Source: Candidatus Flemingiibacterium sp.
GTDB taxonomy: Bacteria; Bacillota; Clostridia; Oscillospirales; CAG-272
Assembly: GCA_045586505.1 (NCBI GenBank)
Contig: JAZNAL010000026.1
Span: forward strand, 11,345 to 75,344
Length of the DNA stretch: 64,000 bases
Reading direction: 5' to 3'
In this document: one piece after another, positions 9,502 to 18,518 of the stretch
Layout of the letters: the number at the start of each line of letters is the position of its first letter
How positions within the stretch are numbered: position 1 is the stretch's first letter
Notes under the pieces: generated by a model
What the model was told of the DNA's origin: nothing
Seen by the model: only the letters and a program-made list of their open reading frames with translations
Databases searched by the model: none
Made by a program: the position numbers and the translations under genes

Positions 9502-11245
9502 TTTCGTCACCTCCGTTTGTCTGCTGAGTGTACACCTCACGGTAGATCTCATTTGTGCGGAGCAGCTCGTCGTGAGTGCCCACCGCACAGATCTTGCCGT
9601 TATCCATAACGATTATCATGTCCGCGTCCTGTACAGATGCCACGCGCTGAGCAATGATGATCTTGGTGGTTTCCGGGATGTAACGCTTAAAGCCCTCGCG
9701 GATAAGCATATCGGTCTTGGTATCCACTGCGCTGGTGGAGTCGTCGAGGATGAGTATCTTCGGCTTCTTTAACAGTGCGCGCGCGATGCAGAGACGCTGC
9801 TTCTGACCGCCCGATACATTGGTACCACCCTGCTCGATCATAGTGTCGTAGCCGTCCGGGAAAGAACGTACAAACTCGTCCGCCTGTGCAAGACGGCACG
9901 CCTCGGCGATCTCCTCATCCGTAGCATCCTTGTTGCCCCACTTGAGATTTTCCCTGATAGTACCGGAGAACAGCAGATTCTTCTGAAGCACCATGGCAAC
10001 CGATCCGCGGAGCGTATCGAGATCATACTCCCGCACATCAACTCCGCCGACGCGGATGCTTCCCTCGGTAGCATCGTAAAGGCGGGGAATAAGCTGTACC
10101 AGCGTAGATTTACTGGATCCGGTACCGCCGAGGATACCTACGGTCATACCCGACTTTATGTGCAGATCAATATCCGCAAGGGCGTATTTTTCAGCCTTGG
10201 CGGAATATTTGAAGCTGACATCGTAAAAATCTATGGAGCCGTCACGCACTTCGGTAACTGCGTTCTTCGGATTTTTAAGCACAGGCTCCTCCGCAAGCAC
10301 CTCGCAGATACGCTTTACGGATTCCGCGGACATTGTCAGCATGACATAGATCATGGACAACATCATAAGCGACATGAGTATCTGCATACCGTAAGTGAGC
10401 ATCGCCGAAATCTGACCTACAAATATCTCGGTACCGCCGCTTGTAATGATCATCTTTGAGCCCACAAGCAGTACGAATATCATGTTGAAATACAGGCAGA
10501 CCTGCATAATGGGACCGTTCAGCGCCACAATACGCTCGGCTTTTGTAAAGTCGCGGCGGATATCGTCAGCCGCAGCGCCGAACTTCTGCTTCTCGTATTC
10601 CTCGCGGGAGAAGCCCTTGACAACTCGCATTGCGCGGACATTTTCCTCTATGGATTCGTTGAGCTTATCGTATTTGCGGAATACACTTCTGAATGCGGGC
10701 ATAGCCTTATGGCTGACAAACAGAAGTCCGCAGATTAGAAACGGCACCACTATAACAAAGGTAGTGGCAAGCGCTCCGCCCATAACATACGCCATGATTA
10801 TGGAGAAGATAAACATCAGCGGACTACGGATCGCCGTACGGATAATCATCATGTACGCCATCTGCACGTTTGTAACGTCCGTGGTCATTCGTGTAACGAG
10901 AGAAGTGGAAGAAAACTTGTCGACATTTTCAAAGGAATAGGTCTGAATGCGGCGGAAAATATCATGACGCAGATTCTTTGCAAATCCCGCTGATGCCTTA
11001 GCGCATGTAAAGCCCGCGACGCCGCCGCAGGTAAGCGACAGGCACGCCATCACAACAAGCAGTAAGCCTGTCTTGATGATCGAATCCATCTCTGCGCCGT
11101 CCTTGATACTGTTTACAAGGGCAACGGTAATAAACGGAATAAATGTCTCGATGACCGCCTCGCCAATTATGAAAATCAGCGTTAGTAAGGTCGGCAGCTT
11201 ATACTCTCTTATACAGCCCGCAAGCCGTTTTATCAAGTGTAACAC
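9494..11245 (-). CDS. ABC exporter, fused permease/ATPase; the half-transporter carrying the degenerate catalytic site
   Basis: Walker A is GGTGSSKST. Walker B is ILILDDSTS, with Asp where the catalytic Glu normally sits. The signature VSGGQ is intact. The pair matches the LmrCD/EfrCD/TM287-288 heterodimer pattern. The start is GTG 11245, or TTG 11236 if spacing to AGAGGTG is preferred. Confidence 0.9.
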   Translation of the reverse strand: MLHLIKRLAGCIREYKLPTLLTLIFIIGEAVIETFIPFITVALVNSIKDGAEMDSIIKTGLLLVVMACLSLTCGGVAGFTCAKASAGFAKNLRHDIFRRIQTYSFENVDKFSSTSLVTRMTTDVTNVQMAYMMIIRTAIRSPLMFIFSIIMAYVMGGALATTFVIVVPFLICGLLFVSHKAMPAFRSVFRKYDKLNESIEENVRAMRVVKGFSREEYEKQKFGAAADDIRRDFTKAERIVALNGPIMQVCLYFNMIFVLLVGSKMIITSGGTEIFVGQISAMLTYGMQILMSLMMLSMIYVMLTMSAESVKRICEVLAEEPVLKNPKNAVTEVRDGSIDFYDVSFKYSAKAEKYALADIDLHIKSGMTVGILGGTGSSKSTLVQLIPRLYDATEGSIRVGGVDVREYDLDTLRGSVAMVLQKNLLFSGTIRENLKWGNKDATDEEIAEACRLAQADEFVRSFPDGYDTMIEQGGTNVSGGQKQRLCIARALLKKPKILILDDSTSAVDTKTDMLIREGFKRYIPETTKIIIAQRVASVQDADMIIVMDNGKICAVGTHDELLRTNEIYREVYTQQTNGGDENE

Positions 11246-11274
11246 CTCTTTTTAGTAATAGTTATCCCATATTT

Positions 11275-11288
11275 GTTAGGAACCTAAC
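11275..11288. promoter_or_regulatory. Operator-like inverted repeat GTTAGG-AA-CCTAAC over the predicted transcription start of the ABC exporter
   Basis: The 6-bp arms are perfectly complementary with a 2-bp centre. The repeat begins 2 nt downstream of the -10 hexamer. Confidence 0.4.
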
Positions 11289-11289
11289 T

Positions 11290-11318
11290 ATTATACCCTA
11301 TAATCAGCTCCATTTCAA
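11290..11318 (-). promoter_or_regulatory. Sigma-A type promoter of the ABC exporter operon
   Basis: On the minus strand: TTGAAA (11318-11313), a 17-nt spacer, then TATAAT (11295-11290). Confidence 0.6.
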
Positions 11319-11567
11319 GATTTATAAGGCATATTTAACAATAATGTAACAATGTAATTAGTTAGTTTAAACAACTATTCTTTCTTTATGCCATACTGCG
11401 CCGATTTGAGCATTGCGCGAAAGGCTTTATGCACTATCTCCCTGGGAAAATCCTCCGCATCCTGTAGATTTTATTTTACACTTTATTCATACCAATACGA
11501 TAATAATTTGCTATACTTGTATTAACGATATAAAATATTTCTGTTATTTTATGAAAGGGGACGCCGA

Positions 11568-12338
11568 ATGCCAAGAATAATAAAGCCCGCCTTGATATTC
11601 TGCCTGCTTTTGAGCCTTTTTGCTGTAGGCTGCAGTGATAAGGATAAAACACAGGTACCGAATAATAACATCATATACGCTCCCGTGGATCCGAGTCTTG
11701 AAACGACGCCGGAGGACACGGAGACCGAGCCGCAGGATTCCGAATCTGCCGACGAAACGGCACACACAACTCAAACTCCGTCAATGGTCGATCCCGAGCC
11801 GACCCCGATACCCGTTCCCGATCCTGTACCCAATCCCACGCCGGAAACACCCACCCCCGACACAGCTGAGACCATAATAACCGACATTACCGGAACCGAT
11901 TCAAGTCCGGTTGATCTTACGGACGCCCTGCTGTCGAATGAAGCAATCTCAGGAAGACTTATCTCAGATCAGAGTGAGAAGCTTCGACTGGTGATTAACT
12001 ACGACTGCTCCATGAATTCCATGGGCTTTATCACGTTTATTTTTGACGTGGGGCTGGAATGCTACGACATAGACTGCGGTGCAAGAACCGATATGGGCGA
12101 GCTTACCATCAACGGCTCATCGCATAAATTCTCCACCGATCCGATTTCAAACTCTTCGGGGACAAAGATTTATGTGCCCTTCACCTCGTATACATATACC
12201 TGTGATGCGGAAGCAACCTCCTGTACTGTCGATGCATCCTGGGCTTTCAACGGAGTATACGGCGGTATCAAGATCGACAAGCTGACCGCAGGTGCGGTCT
12301 TCACCTGGGGCGAGCCGACAACCGTTCCCGTACCGTAA
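11568..12338 (+). CDS. Lipoprotein of unknown function with a Pro/Thr/Glu-rich linker
   Basis: RBS AAAGGGGA is present. The signal peptide has a lipobox, LFAVGC. A low-complexity linker (PEPTPIPVPDPVPNPTPETPTPD) is followed by a roughly 140-aa globular C-terminal part. I did not recognise a family. Confidence 0.6.
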   Translation: MPRIIKPALIFCLLLSLFAVGCSDKDKTQVPNNNIIYAPVDPSLETTPEDTETEPQDSESADETAHTTQTPSMVDPEPTPIPVPDPVPNPTPETPTPDTAETIITDITGTDSSPVDLTDALLSNEAISGRLISDQSEKLRLVINYDCSMNSMGFITFIFDVGLECYDIDCGARTDMGELTINGSSHKFSTDPISNSSGTKIYVPFTSYTYTCDAEATSCTVDASWAFNGVYGGIKIDKLTAGAVFTWGEPTTVPVP

Positions 12339-12365
12339 TATATCTTAGTACCGTAATATATCTTA
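12330..12365. repeat. Perfect 18-bp tandem duplication (GTACCGTAATATATCTTA x2) spanning the lipoprotein stop codon
   Basis: I read the two units directly, at 12330-12347 and 12348-12365. They are identical, and the first contains the TAA stop at 12336-12338. Confidence 0.9.
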
Positions 12366-12374
12366 AATATAAGA

Positions 12375-12426
12375 AAAACGACCACGCCGCGGATTTGATC
12401 CGTATGGCGTGGTCATTCTTTTTGTT
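12375..12426. terminator. Bidirectional intrinsic terminator (lipoprotein gene + / upp -)
   Basis: The stem is GACCACGCC (12380-12388) paired with GGCGTGGTC (12406-12414). It is preceded by AAAAA and followed by ATTCTTTTTGTTTT. Confidence 0.8.
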
Positions 12427-13056
12427 TTATTTGGTGCCGAAGATTCTGTCGCCTGCGTCACCGAGACCGGGCACGATGTAGCCGTTCTCATTGAGGCACT
12501 CATCAACGTTTGCACAGTAGATCTCTACATCAGGATGAGCCTTGGAGAGAGCTTCGATTCCTTCGGGAGCTGCGATGAGGCAGAGGAACTTGATATGTCT
12601 GCCGCCCTTTTCCTTGATCTGAGCGATAGCATCGCAAGCGGAACCGCCCGTTGCCAGCATGGGGTCTACAACTACGATCAGTCGCTCCTCAATATCAGCG
12701 GGGAGCTTGCAGTAGTAGGGGTGCGGCTGGAGGGTCTCCTCGTCGCGGTACATACCGATGTGACCGACCTTTGCCGATGGAACAAGGTTAAGAAGTCCGT
12801 TGACCATACCGAGTCCCGCACGCAGGATCGGAACGACCGCCAGCTTTTTGCCCTTGATCATCTTCTGAGTGGTCTTTTTGATGGGGGTTTCGATCTCCAC
12901 ATCCTCAAGGGGGAGATCGCGTAGTGCTTCATAGCACATGAGCATGGTGATCTCCTCAACGTTCTCACGGAACTCCTTGTTGGAGGTGGATGTCATACGC
13001 ATGATCGTAGTCTTATGCTGGATCAGCGGATGATCGAAGATTGTTACGTTTTTCAT
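12427..13056 (-). CDS. upp: Uracil phosphoribosyltransferase
   Basis: Full-length 209-aa Upp. The N-terminus reads [20 protein letters not shown]. The PRPP-binding loop is [12 protein letters not shown] and the C-terminus is [17 protein letters not shown]. Confidence 0.95.
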   Translation of the reverse strand: MKNVTIFDHPLIQHKTTIMRMTSTSNKEFRENVEEITMLMCYEALRDLPLEDVEIETPIKKTTQKMIKGKKLAVVPILRAGLGMVNGLLNLVPSAKVGHIGMYRDEETLQPHPYYCKLPADIEERLIVVVDPMLATGGSACDAIAQIKEKGGRHIKFLCLIAAPEGIEALSKAHPDVEIYCANVDECLNENGYIVPGLGDAGDRIFGTK

Positions 13057-13077
13057 TAAAAATTCACCCTTTGAAAA

Positions 13078-14421
13078 TTACTGTTCCTTTGCTTTAGAAA
13101 CGATAACGTTTACGATAATACCGAGAATGAGTGCGCAAGCAACTGCGGTAATGGTGATCTGACCGAAGTTGAGAGTAAGACCGCCTATACCCGATATAAG
13201 TATTGTGGACACAACAAAGAGGTTCTTATTCTGGTTGAGATCAACTTTCTGAACCATCTTAAGACCGGATACTGCGATGAATCCGTAAAGTGCCATGCAC
13301 ACACCACCCATTACGCAGGAGGGGATGGAGTTTACGAATGCAACGAAGGGAGCGGTGAACGAGATGAGCATTGCCAAAATAGCAGCGGTAACGATGGTGT
13401 AAACGGAAGCGTTACCGGTGATAGCAACACATCCTACCGACTCGCCGTAGGTGGTGTTGGGGCATCCGCCGAAGAGTGCGCCTACCATGGAACCTACGCC
13501 GTCGCCGAGAAGTGTGCGGGAGAGACCGGGATCCTCGAGAAGATCGCTCTCGATGATGGTGGAGATGTTCTTGTGGTCTGCGATGTGCTCAGCGAACACA
13601 ACGAAAGCAACGGGAAGGTATGCAACTGCGAGAGTAGCTATGTACGCGCCGTCGATCTCCTTGATACCCTTTATTGCTTCAACAAAGGTGAAGCCGGGGA
13701 GAGTGAAGAAGGTTTCGAGGTTTACGCCGTTTGCCCAGAGGTTTGTTATGTGGGTGAAGTCGATAACCTTGAGTGCGTCGATGCCTGCAACATTACCGAT
13801 AACGGTGAGGATGGCAGCAAAGGCATAACCGCCGAGGATACCGAGAATGAAGGGGATCAGACGGGTCATCTTCTTGCCGTAGGTAGCGCAGAGGATAACA
13901 ATAATGAGGGTAATGAGACCTACGAGAACGCAAACAAGGGGATGTGCGGTACCAACGCCGCCCTTCTGAAGGTCGCCTACCGCATTGCCTGCGAGGGAGA
14001 GACCGATAATAGCAACGGTGGGACCGATAACGACTGCGGGCATAAGCTTGTTTATCCAGTTTACGCCTGCGATCTTAACGATGATTGCAATAACAACGTA
14101 CACAAGTCCGGCGAATATAGCACCGATGATAAGACCTGCGAAGCCGGCTGCAGTAGAAACTGCGCCTGCAAATGCAGCTGCCATAGAGCCGAGGAATGCG
14201 AAAGAGGAACCGAGGAATACGGGGCTTCTGAATTTGGTGAAAAGCAGATAAACGATGGTACCCATACCTGCACCGAAAAGTGCAGCCGCAGGGCTCATGC
14301 CGTTGCCGATAATTACCGGAACAACGAGAGTTGCTGCCATAATGGCAAGAAGCTGCTGGATCGCAAACACGATCAGCTGTCCGAATTTGGGCTTGTCCTT
14401 GACTCCGTAAATGAGTTTCAT
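13078..14421 (-). CDS. pyrP: Uracil/xanthine permease (NCS2/NAT family)
   Basis: A 447-aa polytopic protein, about 14 TM by eye, with the NAT-family motif region GCPNTTYGESVG. It lies immediately upstream of upp, separated by a 21-nt gap, so the two are probably an operon. Confidence 0.85.
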   Translation of the reverse strand: MKLIYGVKDKPKFGQLIVFAIQQLLAIMAATLVVPVIIGNGMSPAAALFGAGMGTIVYLLFTKFRSPVFLGSSFAFLGSMAAAFAGAVSTAAGFAGLIIGAIFAGLVYVVIAIIVKIAGVNWINKLMPAVVIGPTVAIIGLSLAGNAVGDLQKGGVGTAHPLVCVLVGLITLIIVILCATYGKKMTRLIPFILGILGGYAFAAILTVIGNVAGIDALKVIDFTHITNLWANGVNLETFFTLPGFTFVEAIKGIKEIDGAYIATLAVAYLPVAFVVFAEHIADHKNISTIIESDLLEDPGLSRTLLGDGVGSMVGALFGGCPNTTYGESVGCVAITGNASVYTIVTAAILAMLISFTAPFVAFVNSIPSCVMGGVCMALYGFIAVSGLKMVQKVDLNQNKNLFVVSTILISGIGGLTLNFGQITITAVACALILGIIVNVIVSKAKEQ

Positions 14422-14482
14422 TTGAGTTTACCTCCATGTAATAAATATTTTTTAGAGTCTGTGGCCGAGTCATGCTACATAT

Positions 14483-14511
14483 AATATACCACATTCGACG
14501 TATTTTGTCAA
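14483..14511 (-). promoter_or_regulatory. Sigma-A promoter of the pyrP-upp operon
   Basis: On the minus strand: TTGACA (14511-14506), a 17-nt spacer, then TATATT (14488-14483) with an extended TG. The leader to the GGAGG RBS is about 55 nt. Confidence 0.7.
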
Positions 14512-14636
14512 CACTTTCTTAATAAGTAATTAAAACCTTTCCGTTCATCTTTTTTTGACAAAAAACTTTGTTTGGAGCTTTTACTGTTCCTCACATAATT
14601 ATTTTTTGTTTTTTGCATATTTTCGTTTCAAAAGTG

Positions 14637-14665
14637 GTGACAAATTAAAATTTTTCTGATATAAT
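14637..14665 (+). promoter_or_regulatory. Sigma-A promoter of the DUF853 ATPase gene
   Basis: GTGACA (14637-14642), a 17-nt spacer, then TATAAT (14660-14665). Confidence 0.55.
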
Positions 14666-14707
14666 ATACCTATATATTGAAAAATCACCTCAGCAAGGAG
14701 TAATATC

Positions 14708-16198
14708 ATGTATCAGAAGGACACGCACAAGGTCTGGCTTGCAACTGGTACGAACCGTGTTTATCTTGAGCCGTCGATGGCAAACCGTCACGGTCTAATT
14801 GCGGGCGCTACCGGTACAGGTAAGACCGTTACATTAAAGGTACTCGCGGAATCGTTCAGTGACATGGGCGTTCCCGTGTTTGTTGCGGATATCAAGGGCG
14901 ACCTTTCGGGAATGTGCGAAGCCGGAAGCGAAAACAAGCACATCCGCCGCAGCATCGACACCATGGGCATCACCGATTTTAATTACACCTCCTATCCCGT
15001 ACAATTCTGGGATGTGTACGGAAAGCAGGGACTTCCCGTACGCACCACTATCTCCGAAATGGGTCCCGACCTGCTGGCACGTCTGCTTGGTCTCAACGAC
15101 ACACAAAGCGGCATTCTCCGCATAGTATTCCGCGTAGCGGATGATAAGGAAATGCTGTTAGTCGACCTGAAGGATCTGCGCGCTATGGTGCAGTTTGTAG
15201 GCGATAACGCAAAAGAGTACAAGCTCACCTACGGCAACATTTCCCCACAATCTGTAGGTGCTATACAGCGTGCACTGCTCACTTTGGAGGACGAGGGCGG
15301 CGAAATTTTCTTCGGCGAGCCCTCACTTGAGCTTGCCGATTGGGTCGACTGGGCCGATGACGGACGCGGTGTTATGAACATCCTCGAGTGCTCGGAGCTG
15401 TTCCAGCATCCGCTGCTTTACGGCACCTTCCTTCTGTGGATGCTTTCGGAGATTTACGAGATGCTTCCCGAAGCCGGCGACCTTGAAAAGCCCAAATTGG
15501 CATTCTTCTTTGATGAAGCGCACCTGCTTTTCGATGATGCTCCAAAGGCGCTGGTGGACAAGGTCGAGCAGGTAGTGCGCCTTATCCGTTCCAAGGGCGT
15601 CAGTGTATGGTTTATAACTCAAAACCCCACGGATATCCCCGACAACGTGCTGGGACAGATCGGTAACCGTGTGCAGCACGCTCTGCGCGCGTATACGCCA
15701 AACGATCAAAAGGCACTGAATGCCGCCGCTAAATCCTTCCGTGTCAACCCCGAATTTGACACCGCCGAGGCTATCATGTCCCTCGGTGTGGGTGAAGCGC
15801 TGGTCTCCGTTTTAGATGCTGACGGTGTGCCGTCGATCGTGGAGAGATGCAACATCCTGCCGCCAAGGAGCAGTATGAAGGCGGTAGATCCTATCCTGCT
15901 TCAAAGTGTAGTGCTGGCAAGCAGTCTGCGCGATAAATATGCCGCCGAGGAGGATCGTGAGTCCGCATACGAGCAGCTTTGTGAGGAGCGTGAGGAGGAA
16001 GCCAAGGCGGAAGCGAAGGCTAAAGAAAAAGCCGAAAAGGAAAAAGAAAAGGCTAAAGCCGAGAAAAAGGCAAAAACATCGTCCGGACGCAAAAAGACCT
16101 CCGTATTTGAAAAAGCGGTATCCAGCACCGCAAACACCATCGGTCGTGAGATCGGCAAAAAGATAGTCCGCGGCATTTTCGAAACCTTTCTTAAATAG
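14708..16198 (+). CDS. HerA-like / DUF853 (YjgR-type) P-loop ATPase with a Lys/Glu-rich tail
   Basis: RBS AAGGAG is present. Walker A is GATGTGKT. A Walker B-like [10 protein letters not shown] is followed by [12 protein letters not shown], as in YjgR/DUF853 proteins. The C-terminal roughly 70 aa are low complexity ([26 protein letters not shown]). Confidence 0.8.
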   Translation: MYQKDTHKVWLATGTNRVYLEPSMANRHGLIAGATGTGKTVTLKVLAESFSDMGVPVFVADIKGDLSGMCEAGSENKHIRRSIDTMGITDFNYTSYPVQFWDVYGKQGLPVRTTISEMGPDLLARLLGLNDTQSGILRIVFRVADDKEMLLVDLKDLRAMVQFVGDNAKEYKLTYGNISPQSVGAIQRALLTLEDEGGEIFFGEPSLELADWVDWADDGRGVMNILECSELFQHPLLYGTFLLWMLSEIYEMLPEAGDLEKPKLAFFFDEAHLLFDDAPKALVDKVEQVVRLIRSKGVSVWFITQNPTDIPDNVLGQIGNRVQHALRAYTPNDQKALNAAAKSFRVNPEFDTAEAIMSLGVGEALVSVLDADGVPSIVERCNILPPRSSMKAVDPILLQSVVLASSLRDKYAAEEDRESAYEQLCEEREEEAKAEAKAKEKAEKEKEKAKAEKKAKTSSGRKKTSVFEKAVSSTANTIGREIGKKIVRGIFETFLK

Positions 16199-16323
16199 AG
16201 ATGTAAGCAAGCCCGAAGTGTTCGACGGCCTTGGTATAAATGTTAATCGGTCGCGATTTTAACAATTTTACGAAAAATCGCACAAATTTATTACGTTAAT
16301 TTGAAAAAATCTCACCCGAAATA

Positions 16324-16352
16324 TTGACATTGTAAAAAAAAAGATGTATACT
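16324..16352 (+). promoter_or_regulatory. Sigma-A promoter of the liv-type operon
   Basis: TTGACA (16324-16329), a 17-nt spacer, then TATACT (16347-16352). Confidence 0.7.
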
Positions 16353-16392
16353 GTATGTGTGAAATTATAAATCATTCATGGAGGTTATTATC

Positions 16393-17553
16393 ATGAAATT
16401 CACAAAAATTCTTGCACTCGTTCTTTGTGCCGTGCTCTGCTTCGGAATGGCAGCATGCGGCAGTGTAAACTATGCAGAAAACAATACCGAGTATGTGATC
16501 GGTGTTTCCGGTCCTCTTACCGGCGGTGCTGCTATGTACGGTATCGCAGTTGCAAATGCCGCTCAGCTCGCGGTTGATGAGATCAATGCAGCTGGTGGTC
16601 TCAACGGCGTTATGTTCAAGCTTGTCGCTCTTGACGATATGAACGATGCCACCAAGATATCCACCAACTACTCCTCTCTCTATGAGGGCGGTATGCAGGT
16701 ATCTCTCGGTACCGTTACCACTCAGCCCGGTCTTGAGTTCAAGAACCTTTCCGCTGACGATAACGTTTTCTTCCTCACTCCTTCCGCATCCGGCGATGCC
16801 ATTCCCGTAAACAAGAACGGCTATCAGATGTGCTTTGCGGACGGCAACCAGGGTAAGGTTGCGGCTGAATACGTAAACGCTAACTTTGCAGGTCAGACCA
16901 TCGGCGTATTCTATAAGTCCGATGAGGCTTATTCTAAGGGTATTTACGATCAGTTCAAGGCAAACCTTGACACCTCGGTTACTGTAGTTGAAACCACCTT
17001 CACCGATGCAAACGCAACCGACTTTTCGACTCAGATCGATACTCTGAAGGCTTGCAACTTCATCTTCATGCCCATCTACTATACTCCCGCTTCGCTCTTC
17101 TTGCAGCAGGCAAAGGACATCATGGCTGCTGATGCGGTCTACTACGGCTGCGACGGCTTCGACGGCATCGATAACATCGATGGCTTCGATATCACCTTGA
17201 TTCCTCAGGAAATCACCATGCTCTCCCACTTCAACTCCAAGGCTACGGACGGTCTTGCAAAGGAGTTTATCGACAAGTATGTTGACAAATTCGGTTCCGA
17301 GACCCTTAACCAGTTCGGTGCTTCTGCTTACGACTGCGTATATGCAATCTACGGCGCTATGAAGAAGGCTATCGACGAGGGCAAGGAAATCCCCGTTACC
17401 ATCAGCGCATCCGACCTCTGCGACATCCTTATGGCACAGTTCGAGGGCGGCTACTCTCTTGAAAAGGCTGTTACCGGCGAAAACATCACCTGGGAATCCA
17501 CCGGTTATGTAAACAAGGGCGCCATCAAGTACATTATCAAAGAAGCTAACTGA
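16393..17553 (+). CDS. Branched-chain amino-acid ABC transporter substrate-binding lipoprotein (LivJ/LivK family)
   Basis: GGAGG lies 9 nt upstream of ATG 16393, and the track start at 16378 overlaps that RBS. The signal peptide has a lipobox, GMAACG. The protein has a type-I periplasmic-binding fold and is followed by livHMGF-type genes. Confidence 0.85.
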   Translation: MKFTKILALVLCAVLCFGMAACGSVNYAENNTEYVIGVSGPLTGGAAMYGIAVANAAQLAVDEINAAGGLNGVMFKLVALDDMNDATKISTNYSSLYEGGMQVSLGTVTTQPGLEFKNLSADDNVFFLTPSASGDAIPVNKNGYQMCFADGNQGKVAAEYVNANFAGQTIGVFYKSDEAYSKGIYDQFKANLDTSVTVVETTFTDANATDFSTQIDTLKACNFIFMPIYYTPASLFLQQAKDIMAADAVYYGCDGFDGIDNIDGFDITLIPQEITMLSHFNSKATDGLAKEFIDKYVDKFGSETLNQFGASAYDCVYAIYGAMKKAIDEGKEIPVTISASDLCDILMAQFEGGYSLEKAVTGENITWESTGYVNKGAIKYIIKEAN

Positions 17554-17585
17554 TAGCTTTACGTTTTAAGAACGTTTTAAGAGAA

Positions 17586-17625
17586 TAACTGCATATACCG
17601 ACCGAAGGGTCGGTATATGCAGTTA
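17586..17625 (+). promoter_or_regulatory. Strong intercistronic stem-loop after the binding-protein gene, with no U-tract
   Basis: A perfect 17-18 bp stem (T)AACTGCATATACCGACC-GAAG-GGTCGGTATATGCAGTT(A). It is followed by TGGCTATAAAAGGA rather than a T-run. Confidence 0.75.
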
Positions 17626-17645
17626 TGGCTATAAAAGGAATTTAT

Positions 17646-18518
17646 ATGGAACTTATTTTATCAACCCTGATAAACGGTCTGAGCCTTGGCGGCATATATG
17701 CCATGATAGCACTTGGCTATACAATGGTTTACGGTATCGCCAAAATGCTCAACTTTGCCCACGGCGATATCATCATGGTCGGCGGATATGTTATATATGT
17801 GTTCATGGCACTTAAAAATCCCCTGCTCGCTATCGCTATGGCAGTTCTTTTCTGCGTCATGCTCGGTATTCTTATCGAAAAGGTGGCGTACAAACCCCTT
17901 CGTGGCGCATCCCCTCTGGCGGTGCTGATCACCGCCATCGGCGTAAGCTATCTTCTGCAGAGCCTTGCACAGATCGTGTTCGGCTCCGCTAACAAAATGG
18001 TCACCGTATACGATTTCGGCTCGGTCAGCTTCCTCGGAGTTACCGTACAGATCTCCGCTCTTGTTACTCTTGCCGTAACTGTTGTCGTAATGATCACGCT
18101 TACCCTTTTCATCAAATACACCCGCCTCGGACGCGCTATGATCGCGGTTTCCGAGGATAAGGGCGCGGCACAGCTCATGGGTATCAACGTTAACGGTATT
18201 ATTACTGTAACCTTCGCCATCGGCTCTGCACTTGCAGCGCTTGCGGGACTGTTCTATCTTCTGAAGGCTCCCAGCATTTCCAGCACTCTCGGCGCAATGC
18301 CCGGTATCAAAGCGTTTACCGCGGCAGTTATCGGCGGTATCGGCTCTATTCCCGGCGCCATGCTCGGCGGCATACTTCTCGGTATGGTTGAGTGCATCTC
18401 CTATAAGATCACCGCTATCGCTCCTTACACAGACGCTATCGAGTTCTCTATACTTATAATCATTCTTCTTGTACGTCCTACCGGATTCCTCGGTAAGAAA
18501 CGGAGGGAAAAGGTATGA
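17646..18518 (+). CDS. livH: Branched-chain amino-acid ABC permease (LivH type)
   Basis: AAGGA lies 7 nt upstream of ATG 17646. The N-terminus MELILSTLINGLSLGGIYAMIALG matches the typical LivH start. The track ATG at 17625 lies inside the hairpin. Confidence 0.9.
   Translation: MELILSTLINGLSLGGIYAMIALGYTMVYGIAKMLNFAHGDIIMVGGYVIYVFMALKNPLLAIAMAVLFCVMLGILIEKVAYKPLRGASPLAVLITAIGVSYLLQSLAQIVFGSANKMVTVYDFGSVSFLGVTVQISALVTLAVTVVVMITLTLFIKYTRLGRAMIAVSEDKGAAQLMGINVNGIITVTFAIGSALAALAGLFYLLKAPSISSTLGAMPGIKAFTAAVIGGIGSIPGAMLGGILLGMVECISYKITAIAPYTDAIEFSILIIILLVRPTGFLGKKRREKV

Noticed and set aside
11380-11475. A possible C-terminal remnant of a regulator gene on the minus strand (…DAEDFPREIVHKAFRAMLKSAQYGIKKE*) between the lipoprotein gene and the ABC exporter.
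   Set aside because: Only about 30 codons are open before an upstream stop. There is no start codon and no recognisable motif, so it cannot be distinguished from chance.
14422-14482. A PyrR-binding attenuator upstream of pyrP-upp.
   Set aside because: The leader is only about 55 nt. I found neither the ARUCCAGAGAGG-type PyrR loop nor a terminator/antiterminator pair.
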